Shown: piece by piece, positions 11,801 through 21,700 of the stretch
Position numbering within the stretch: the stretch's first letter is position 1
Layout: every line of letters starts with the position of its first letter
Source: Ascidiella aspersa
Taxonomy: Eukaryota
NCBI GenBank assembly: GCA_963924565.1
Contig: OZ004614.1
Location: 25,606,001-25,670,000 of the forward strand
Direction: 5' to 3'
Length of the DNA stretch: 64,000 nucleotides
Notes under the pieces: model-generated
The model's input: the letters and a program-made list of their open reading frames with translations, nothing else
Told to the model about the DNA's origin: nothing
Databases searched by the model: none
Made by a program: the position numbers and the translations under genes

Positions 11801-12297
11801 TAAAGCGAGGCTGATAACGTTTCCAACGTTGATTGCTTGAAACACGCGGCGTAAATATAGTGGTAAACGGTCACACCGTGGGTCATAGATTCCTTATAAA
11901 TATTTAATTTTTAAGTCTACTAAAAATCTTGGCTTGCCTAACTAAAAATGTTAAAGCTGTGCTAATAAAGTATTTGTTCGAAAGCAATCAGTCAATAAAA
12001 TGTACACTGCATTCTTAGTTATGAAAATATAGCAATATTTTAACTGGGACTTTTTATTTAGAAATGATAGTAATATTGATTTTTATTCCCTCTATACTTA
12101 TGTTAATCACATTTCTGTGAACCTCTATTGTCGTTCAGTATTGACCTGACGTTTTTTCATTCTTGTATGGGACAAAAACTCTATTGCATTGTTATGATCA
12201 GACTGTGCCGTTATAGCACTAAAACTATATGCACAAAATTATTAAATAAATAGTAACTTACCGCAATCTTCGGGATAGTTTTTTTGCTTTGGTTCAT
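2735..12297 (-). CDS. CRMP: Collapsin response mediator protein / dihydropyrimidinase-like (CRMP/DPYSL), 11 exons, 577 aa
   Basis: Exons 12262-12297, 11312-11400, 9859-10055, 8770-8984, 7904-8053, 7412-7532, 6348-6504, 5152-5296, 4521-4796, 3462-3720, 2735-2823. All GT-AG and phase-consistent, 1734 nt in total. Motifs: N-term [57 protein letters not shown], C-term HQSGWSFSG-DQTDD...PPGG, as in vertebrate CRMPs. Confidence 0.95.
3303..3360 (+). repeat. (CCCGAGT)n heptamer array within a cagggctgcggagtcgg...tccgcagccc element
   Basis: About 8 perfect units; the reverse-complement array is at 32302-32368. Confidence 0.9.
3462..3720 (-). CDS. CRMP: CRMP exon 10
   Basis: IHVVQSHG...APSPSPS...RAMHQSGWSFS; disordered tail with Ser-Pro sites. 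Confidence 0.9.
4521..4796 (-). CDS. CRMP: CRMP exon 9
   Basis: [33 protein letters not shown]...PLVVISRGKVVFDENE. Confidence 0.95.
5005..5078 (-). pseudogene. tRNA-derived element (SINE head or tRNA-Thr(AGT)-like pseudogene)
   Basis: GCCTGAA TA GCTC AGTTGGTA GAGC GA CGGTC CCAGTTT GACCG AGGTC GTGAG TTCGAAC CTCAC TGCAGCC. D, anticodon and T stems are intact, A and B boxes present, T4 just downstream. The acceptor stem is mismatched and the anticodon loop is non-canonical. Confidence 0.75.
5152..5296 (-). CDS. CRMP: CRMP exon 8
   Basis: GTLQCVSSGHSVF...DFSRIPPGTNGVYERMMALWSVAV. Confidence 0.93.
6348..6504 (-). CDS. CRMP: CRMP exon 7
   Basis: QPVYGQAHAVAL...AWNRAASCVTWPPIRDHP...LEALG. Confidence 0.9.
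6749..7201. mobile_element. hAT/Charlie-like MITE
   Basis: TIR cagtggttctcaacct/aggttgggaaccactg; TSD ttgtatat/ttgtaaat. Confidence 0.85.
7412..7532 (-). CDS. CRMP: CRMP exon 6
   Basis: VEYEAVNRVLIIAKQVSCPIFFYSVTGKKALDAINEAQRS. Confidence 0.92.
7904..8053 (-). CDS. CRMP: CRMP exon 5
   Basis: IYDVLRHIKSLGGVAVVHAENG...ARNED. Confidence 0.93.
8770..8984 (-). CDS. CRMP: CRMP exon 4
   Basis: DFVTPDQ...SCCDVTYHVDVTSW...HGVNSFRL...DNEQ. Confidence 0.93.
9859..10055 (-). CDS. CRMP: CRMP exon 3
   Basis: QLGTDLTVPGGVKIIDA...[10 protein letters not shown]...GTRAALLGGTTTV. Confidence 0.95.
10445..11045 (-). mobile_element. 5'-truncated Penelope-like retroelement: GIY-YIG endonuclease fragment, 3' terminal repeat and inverted partial repeat
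   Basis: GVIYKVQCSCGSTYIGQTKRNLQVRMDNH...VARHLHQNPGH..DFDNPKIL (~10736-10945), followed by stops. It runs into repeat family A (10445-10519). Oppositely oriented 24-nt repeats of family A sit at 10950-11045. Confidence 0.85.
10484..10519 (-). ncRNA. Minimal type-I hammerhead-like motif, U3-A8 variant (family A, best copy)
   Basis: TG-TTGAAAA-T-GAATAA-agag-TTATTC-GAAA-CG-TT-CA. Core, 6-bp stem II and palindromic ACGT are present; stem I is only 2 bp. Confidence 0.5.
11312..11400 (-). CDS. CRMP: CRMP exon 2
   Basis: [29 protein letters not shown]; ag/gt flanks. Confidence 0.92.
12262..12297 (-). CDS. CRMP: CRMP exon 1 ([12 protein letters not shown])
   Basis: ATG at 12297, donor gtaagt; resembles the CRMP short-isoform start MSYQGKKSIPHIT. 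Confidence 0.85.
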
Positions 12298-15200
12298 GGT
12301 TCAGATTCCGCTGGTAACAAGTTGTCAGGTTTTTAAATGGCACTTGCTTGTAGTTGTACGATCGATCGAAGCACCAGGCTACTTAAATACCTGTTGAACG
12401 AAAATACTTCGAGTTAAGGGGGCTTTGAAATGGAATGACTTTGACGCCAATGACCAAGAACCACTTCAAAAGCAAAGGGAGTAAAAAAATAAGCAATTTT
12501 ATCAAGTATTGGTCGAGGTTAACAGCTGGTCGAACGTACCTTTTACAATTTTTTTATCTTTATAAAAATATTACAAATCTTTCGACACTGCATAAGCATT
12601 TATTACATTATTTTTTTTAACTAGGATCCCTACGCAAAAAAACAGGCAAATTTGTTTGGTATTTTCTATGGATACTTTCTCTTATACACCCGAATTCGGT
12701 TTCGATGTTTTTCATGAAGTTGAAACAAACGTTCAAAAATCTGCAGAAAAACTTATTTGGTTATTCTACACGACGGTTTTTTTTTTTGGACTGACAGAGT
12801 GCTATTCTTAGTTATTCACGTAATTACAGTTCTATATTGCGTTTACAAATCTCCTATACCAAATAGCAAGCGATTTTATTAATTTGTTAGGCTTAAAATG
12901 CTGACGTTACAAACAGCTCATATCTTAGCAAACTTTGCCAACAAACAAAACAAAAGTGTGATATCTGATACTGAACTTTTCCACCAATTTATAGCGTTTT
13001 CTTGTTGCAAAAATCCTTGCTTGAACGTTATAAATAACTCTTTATTAATGATGTTGAAATTAATTATTAAGTTATTCCAACACAATTGCTACCTACTTTT
13101 GTTTGGACTTATTTTTCTATTATGGTATTTTCATTATGTCTTACTACAACCTTCAACAATTATGCTTCAAAGTAGTAGGTACCTGTTGAATAAATTTCGC
13201 TAAAGCCTTATCCCAACGGAACCTGTCTATTGTCGAATCTGTTATAATAAATTCAATACGAAGTACGACTTAATAAAGCAAACTTGGCCTTACAACTCTT
13301 GTTTACTTAGCGCGTTACAACAACAAAAACTCACTTGGCTTGCTATCTGAAAACCTATAACGCCTTACAAAGTTTAAAACGTAAAAGGACTTTATAAAGT
13401 TCTAAGGCCTTTAACATCTTCAAACGTATGAGATCTGTACAACGTTATAACGCATTTACAAACTTTCAAATAAAAAATACCTTACAACTTTTCATAGTTA
13501 TATCGCATCTATTTATAAGTTTTAAAGATATGATTTATTTACCAAGTTTTAAAGTTATCAGGGTTTACAAAGCTATAACACATTTACAAATCTTCAACTT
13601 AAAAAAAAATGTACAAAAATATAAATAGTTTTAAAGGTATAAGACATTTAAACCATTTTCGTTATACAGCCTTTACAAATTTACTCCCTATACGACTATA
13701 TAGGCACTATACTAGAATGTGTCCAGCAAAGCCAATTACCGGGAATTTGACTGAACAATAATCGATATGGGCGAAAAAGGATTCCAGAAGCGGCCTCTAC
13801 TTGCTAATACACGTTACCTATAGGATCGCCCCTCTGCACTGCTACTTGTGTACATATAGGTCGGCTGCTTTGCCACGCAGAACGAGAATTCATCTGTTCC
13901 TGACGACTCTGCAGCTGAGCTGCAGCTAAATTATTTATGCCGCATTTCTACGGTTGATGGAAATGTAGCCCGCACTGAGAATCTTTTGGAAAAAGGATGG
14001 GTTTATGTTGTAAAACAGAGACCTGCCTGCGGAAATTTAAATGTACAAATACACTGTATAGTTATCTAACAGTGCTTCCTAAAGTTTTGAATCCCTTCAA
14101 TATAATACCATTTACCAATATCCAAACTATATTGCAACTACACATAACAGTGTTTTTTAATTTGTTAAACTTAAAATAGCTACTAAACTATTTGTTGTGT
14201 TATGAGAACATCTTGTGCGTATGTGCTGATCATTATATATCTACGAAAGTAACAAAAGCAATTTCTTCGTCTGAGAAACCAACAACAAAATCAGATTTAG
14301 CAGTTAGCGTGTTATGACTAATAGATGCTTCCAAACTTTTGTAAGCAGTTTTAGAAATCGCAGTTTGACCACGCAAACTAGGAAGTAATGACGTAAAAAG
14401 ATTATAAATGTAAAAAGTAAACTAGAAAAGTGAAAGTAAACTAGAAAGTTGAGTTGCTGTATCGATTTTCTCAGATTGAAACAATTTGTAATTTGGACGA
14501 AACATCAGAGATTGTTTCACTTCAACCAATTTAGAACAAAAACTAGTAAATAAAGAAAGTGCGTTGGCTGGAGTGATTGAAGTTTTTAAAGGGTGTGCTT
14601 GAGTAACCTTATGAGGTTGTATGAGAAGCCACAAATAAATCATTTAAGAATTTTTTTATCATTTAAGTGTTGAAACAGTTACTTCTCTGCTGTAGTGTGA
14701 AAAAAGTAGGCAGCGTTTTAAAAAAGCGTTGCGGAAAGTTAAGAAACCTCTTAGGTTCCTTAAACACCTTTAAAAACTGGAAAAAGGTCTATAGTTGGTT
14801 TGGTTGTATCATTCAGTTGATCAAAAGTGGACCACAAACGTCCACCAAATAGTGTTTAACCCCAAATCAAGCATCGTCGCCGTTCATTCCGTCACACACG
14901 GCATATGCAGAACTAGCACGCCCCTTGCTTATCGGCATCCACGCCACATCGCAACGCAAAAACTTCGCCATCTGTTTGCATTGAGCGCATTTGCAATTCG
15001 CGTCCCTGAGGCTTTGAACGAAGCTGACTGGTCGAGAGATATCGATTGAGCGATGGCGTGCTTTATAAGTTACACAATGCTTAGGTTAAGTTCAAAATCC
15101 GACTTAAATTGGAAGAGGCCATTTCTGAAAAACACTTTAAAAGTGTAATAGCTTGTCATTTTTTTAAACGTGTGACTGAATGGTATTGGCCATTAAAAGC

Positions 15201-17669
15201 GTTGATTTTCACAGCAAAAAAAACAAAATTATGACAAAAATAAAAATATGACAAAAATCCAATTAAAATTCCACTGAGACTTGGTATTTGCAATATATTT
15301 TTTTATTGATTTGACGATTTGTCATAAAAGGGTCTTGAAACAAAACTAGATCAAGAGTGACTAAAATTTATCATTTAATGTATCTTTTTTTCCTTAGATT
15401 TGTTTGTATATGAGCAATTGGGTCAGATTTAATAAGAATATCAAAGCCCATACAGAAGTAGGTGGCATTTGTAAACGCTTCTAATATCTCTTTATTCATT
15501 TTCAACTTTAAGCTTCATGTTCAACCTTTTAAACCTGCTTTTTCTTGCTTTTCTGTAGTTGTTGTTTCCATCCACGCAATTGAGATATGGCGAAATTAGC
15601 ACGTCTAGCATTTACATACCGAAAGCCGGGAAGGAATTCGTTAAACAGAAAGGCTCAAAGTTTGGCGTGTTTTGCTGGTGCCTTAGGCAGATTCAGTTCC
15701 TGCAGAATTGTTGCGCAAATCTTCATATTTGCTTGTGGAAAATAAATTTGCAAAGATTTCGCCACTCTTTGTAATAATTACGCCATTAGTTTGGCATTTA
15801 CAATTTGCCTCTTCCAAATAACTGTTTATTCCTTATTTCAAGTTGAAATGTCGAAGAAATATTTCAAAGATGCAATAAAATGTCTGCAACGGCTGTATAT
15901 ACGCTAAACGTGATTTAATTGTGTTTTTTTACATTCTAAGTTGTGTTAAATTGTTTACTTGAAGAACCAGCTTACTTTATACTTTTCAAAACTCAATATG
16001 CGGTGATTTTCATCATTTGATATTACTTTTTTACTTTATAATATTTTTATTTTCAAATCTAAGTAATTATTTGTTACTTCTTTACTTTTAAAGAATTCCT
16101 AAACTATTTCTTTACAAGTACGATTAGACCTGGGTAACTAGAACTATATTTCGTAAGAAAAGAAAATAAAATTACGCCTGTAAAAAGTTAGCAAATCATG
16201 ACGTCATAACTGCAAAAACAAGATATGACCTAAAATTTCGTCCCGTATAATTGAGAAGTATTTTTTCACAATTATAGGATTTGTGTGGTTTTTAATCAAG
16301 TTGGGAAGGCCAGCACAATGGTGTTGTGAAGTAAAGTTTATTTTTCCTTAAAAGGCGTAATATCAATTAAGGTGCAACAATTTTCTGGACTTAAAATAAA
16401 ACACGTCTGGCTGTTCTAATCAGCTTATCTTCTATTTTAAAATGTAGGAACGCAATTTGTTTATACCCATTTTAACACCTGACCTGTGTCTCTTACACCA
16501 CACCAGAAGTAAATGTGTTACGTCAGACTTGGAAACCATAAGCTATCACGCTCTCATCACGTGACAGGCGCTACAGGAACAACGCAATAACAAGATCGCA
16601 ATAGGCTAGATTTGTTCCGCTTCTAAACTGTGATCTCTATTTTAAAACCCGATTTTAAAACATGTGCCAAGTGTTGCGATCTAGTTAGACTCTTCACTTG
16701 TTTAGCATTTTTTTTTTGCAGAAAAAAATGTTAACAATAACCGTTTTTAAGCAAAATAGGAATCCGGCCTATATTGAAAGAAGCCATTTCTGAGCAATAC
16801 GCTTTGAAACTGCAATAGTTTAAACATTTTTTTTTCATCGCCGAATGTTACGGAAGATTTAAGCCGTTGATTCTCACGAAAAACAACAGCTGATTTCATC
16901 ATCTCCATGTTTTGAGTACAATAAGGCAACTATGGCTAAAGTGAAATATTCCAGTAGTAAACGCCGTTTTAAAACAGGAAGTTTTAAAAACACAATATTG
17001 TTAAACATATTGCCAAATGTTATAGATCGTTTAAACTGTGATTTTCACTAAAATAGAACAGATGATTTCATTTTTTCTCAATGTTTCGTGTAAAATAAGG
17101 CAACTGGTTATACTAAAAGAAGCTAATTGTAAGCGCTGCTTAAAACTGGAATACCGTATTGAAAAACACAATTTTTTTAAACCTGCTGCCAAACATTATA
17201 AATCATATTTTAAATTTGTGATTTTCATTAATTTTGTTAATGTTGGGAGTAAAAAAACAAGAAAGCCGGCTATATTGGAAAAATGCCTTTAAAATTGAAA
17301 ATTTAAGGAACACATTTGTTCAACGTATGAAGAAATTTTAAAGACCAACAAAATAAAAAATAAAAACGCGATTTCATTTTTTAACCGTTTAAAGGTAAAA
17401 AAAGCTTGCTGAATTGCAATAAAGCCGTGGTAACAGGGAAGTGGTTCTTAAGCGTGATCTGTTGCTTTAATGCCCCGAGGCGGCGCCAAATGTTCCTTTT
17501 GGCCTGGCTTGGAACCGCAACCTTCATATACTGGTTAGCTCCTGCCTAAGTCACAAGACGATTTATTTCAGGAGCATTGACGAGATTGGAAACAACCTTT
17601 TCAGAATCATCCGCTACGCAAGTCGAACCACGCAAGTAAGAATCTTTATATTAAATTGTCAATTAATCT

Positions 17670-17915
17670 CAAAGCCTAAAATGTCCAGTCAATCGACATC
17701 ATCTTGATAAAGACGTTTCGATACGAGCTTGTATCTTCAGTTAATGTGGCTGAGAAGTAATTCAAACCTCACTTAAAACTTACGTTCCATCATTTATAAG
17801 TGTAAATTGAATAAAGTTATATTAACTGTTGGTGATACAAGTTCGTATCTAAACGTCTTTATCAAGATGATGTCGATCTACTCGACATTTTTGGCTTTTA
17901 GATTCATTATCAAGC
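17670..17915. mobile_element. Inverted pair of repeat family B with minimal hammerhead motifs (17707-17745 -, 17821-17862 +)
   Basis: ATTAA CTGAA GATAC aagctc GTATC GAAACGTC TTTAT and ATTAA CTGTTGG T GATAC aagttc GTATC TAAACGTC TTTAT, with the arms in opposite orientation. Confidence 0.7.
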
Positions 17916-17961
17916 TACAATACAGATGTGTGTATAGTTTTTAAACATTTTTGTTTTAATG

Positions 17962-18222
17962 CATGGGTTCTCAACCGGTGGGCTACAGAGCATTTCGAAA
18001 ATTGTAAAGTTTGTGAAAAATTTAGTTTTATTTGTTTAATTCTTGAGTGCGTTTTATAGTAGACTCTCAAGCTTCGCTTTGACAGCGTTATGTGTAGGTT
18101 ATTTTTTGATTTCTAACACATTTCAGTTATGTAACCAATTTAAGCAGAACTTTAGGAAGTGAGCCACGAACAATTTTTAAAACAAAAGTTGACCACGACC
18201 ATAAAAAGTTTGAGAACCCCTG
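17962..18222. mobile_element. hAT/Charlie-like MITE
   Basis: TIR catgggttctcaac/tttgagaacccctg; perfect TSD ttttaatg. Confidence 0.85.
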
Positions 18223-18719
18223 TTTTAATGACTTATTCTCGACAGCTCTATAGTTTTCTATTGTGGTTTTATATTATAAACATCTAAGATATATGTTGTC
18301 AGTGTTCTTGAAATATAACGTCGCTGACAATTTATAATTCAAACTATCTTTACTCCCTGATATTTAATCTCGTAAAATCACTTGCAAATATATTTGGGCG
18401 TAATCTGTTTGTTGGCTAAATAAGGGAAAAGTCTATTATAATAGTACGTTGTGGTAAAATAAAATAATTCTGTTATTTTATTGTTTGTATCGGGGTCTAT
18501 GCCTGTTCCAACACTTCTAGTTGTTCATCTTTTACCCATATCGTAAGAACCAAATTTACAAAAAAAGATCTAAACACAGACAGTTGCGCCAACTTTTGGT
18601 GTTACTGTCGTATTTTGTCTTTTAAGAAAGTTGTATTACCTGTTTTTACCCTTGGGTTGTTCTTTTTGGATCGTAATTGCATGTTGTTGTTTTTAAAGAA
18701 TCTTCAGTCTTTGTTCATC

Positions 18720-18767
18720 ATGGATTTCAAGTTGTTGTCCCTGATTTGCGCTTTTCTCGCAACTGCG
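18720..18767 (+). CDS. Acidic TM protein exon 1 (signal peptide)
   Basis: MDFKLLSLICAFLATA then donor gtaagt. Confidence 0.75.
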
Positions 18768-21700
18768 GTAAGTTTATTTTTATTGCTACCAACTTTTATT
18801 TAGTTATGTAAGCCTTAAGTTGATGCTCGAAGGCTTTACACATATATATAGGCCCACGAAATAAGGATCTTTTATTTTAATGGTATAATTTATTAAGCAA
18901 CATTTTGGCTAAAATTTGAATCTTTTTTAAAAACTAAATATTAGACAATTTTATTTTTACGTTTTAAAGAAATCGGAGATTTATTGGTGTAAAAATAGTT
19001 AAGCAACATTGATGCCTGAAATCAATAATACATCACCGAAATTCACCATTTTAAGAAACTAAAAAAAAACAGTGTAACATTTTTGCGATTTAAAATTAAC
19101 TGACAAGGCAAAATTCAATTATATGGAGCTACGAATTGCCATTGAAATCATATCCATTTGTAATTGCAAATTTTAAACATTTAACTGTCATAAAAGTTTA
19201 ACGTATGCCAGTAAGACTTATTTCGTTGACTATTTATACCCTGTCACTTCTTGGTAGTTATCAATTCAAAATTTAATATGTTTTATGAGCGTCATTGTAA
19301 AACACCTGATCTTTGAATTAAGTGATGAACCCTTTTTCAAATTTTCGTACCAGAAATGTGTTGCAATATTTGTAATTCTATGTAAAAAATACGTATATTT
19401 TTTAACCTGCGAATGTTTCGGTTGTGAGCGAAACTAATTTCTCAAATGTTGTCTATCGACACAACACCAATTTAAAATCCGACTTAGATTACAATAAAAA
19501 AAACTATAACTCATTCTCTTTTAAATTGAAACATTACATAAATGCGATGGCCTATAGCCAGGGTTACCATATCGTGCTTATTTCTAAGATTTGTGCTTAT
19601 TTTTGAGTTGTGTGCTTGGTTTGCCTTATTTTACAATTTATAAAGCCCTAATATACTTTTTACTATACAAGTTTGGTGAACCCTGGCCAAATACGTCAAG
19701 CAAGTTTCGCCATTTCAACTTAATAAACTATTTTTTCTTTCTTTAGCTCTGCGCGATTAAGCTGCTTTAAGGTTTATATGGCGCAGAGAGCAATTGTTTT
19801 TGAGAGTATTGTATTTGGGTGCCTCTCCCCAACGAAATCCTGGATCCGCCCCAAGTTATAAAAAGCGTGTTTATTTTTCGTGGTAGGGTGCTTATTTTTT
19901 GGTCTTAGCAGATGGTAACCCTGCCTATAACACCATAATATAATGACTCGTTTGCCAAATTTGGATATGTCACATTTGGGTTCCGAACATCTCTGTAAAC
20001 CACTGATGTCGGTGAAGTAAGATAGCAAAACTGTCATTAGCCTTTTCTTCTTAAATTCGGCGCACCCAATTAATGGCCACCTGTCTAAAAACCAACTGGT
20101 AGTTAAACGCCCAGGCGAGAATATCAACGTGACGCCATTACACACTTAAGAATATTGCGAATGTTGCCATGAAAAGCATCTTAAAACATTTTAGCAGATT
20201 TAACTCGACAAACAGAACTTTTACATGTGTTAGTAAGAAAACTAAAGCTAATTGGTGTGATTTAAGCATGCTGGATGTTGTCGTCAGAATTACGTCATTA
20301 TGATTCATAGACGACCATTATCTTACACTATATCCGTCATCAAACTATGTTTTATCAGATAGCCGTACAGAAATTTTTACTTTTTTATTTATTTAGACAA
20401 AATGAATAGAGAAAGTCTTTAGGCTACTGGATTTAACAAAGAAAGTTGAATGAAAACGTTTTGTTCGGAAGGCCAACGTTTTTAAAGGAACTATTGAGTT
20501 TTTTGGTAATTTTTCAACATCTAAATACATTTGTGAGCTAGAAATGCACAACTAATCCCGTAGTTAATGTTGGGCACTATGATTTCCAGAGTGATTAATT
20601 AAGTTTTTACATCTGCTTAGTATGTGTTTTCACAAAGAATCTTGCCCTCCAACAGAACACATAATGCCGACGATAAAAGTTCTAAAGTGTTTAGTGGCTT
20701 GAAAAACGCACCGCTTAGAACAAAAATCATTCAACAAGTTAAAACTTTTAATATAAAATATGCATTTTTAAATTCTCATTCGAATTAAGATAAACTGAAT
20801 AAGCCATTCATATATATGGCGAAATGCATATTTGTATCAAAGGTTTTGACCTTGTGACTTATTGTTGTTCGAAGCGCTGCGATTTTCAAACTGTTTTTAC
20901 ATAGATGTTTAATGTTTAATTTAAATCCCATACGCACAAGATTCACATAGATATGCTTTTTTTTGGAATACTAAAGCTCTGAACATAAAATTGCATCAGC
21001 AAAAGTTCCGAGTTTTTCTCTTGCGCACGGTATTTTTACTGGAATGATGGAGCCCAAGGATAGGAAATAACCATGTGATAAAACCAAATTGAGTTAAAGT
21101 AGGAGATCACGCTTACCGCGACACTTGAGTAGCCTGAGGCTAACGATTATTTTGACAGATCGCTTGCTACAAGTGCCGCTATTTTCGACTGGAAAGCTTG
21201 TCAGCTTATTTAAGCTAAAACCTCACAAAACATAAAATAACTGCCAATTATTTTTGCGTTTTTGGGAGAAATTTAACACTTTGCGGGACAAAATATTTAA
21301 CTGACAATTATTGTCATAAACATGCGAAGAAATGAAGAGAAAAAAAGAGTAATTACGGTATTTTTTAGTGGATTTCGACCAAACCTCGTAAAATACAATT
21401 GTGACTTTTATCCTTTAAATATCTGTTTTACTACATTTGTAAACCTTTATGTTAATTAGCACTTAAACTCGAAACCACTTTAACATCGCAAAACTTAGTC
21501 CTGATTATAAATATATCCAACCAATGTAGAAACGAAATGAGGTTTTCTTAAATTCAGCTACTGATTTTTATGTTTTATGAAGTTTCAGAAATACATCATG
21601 TCAGCATAATAATAGCAAAAAGTATAGAGTCGAAAGGTTTTTAAATTATGCCATCGATTTTTATGTTTTAAGAAGCTTTACAAATACCTAATGTCATTGT

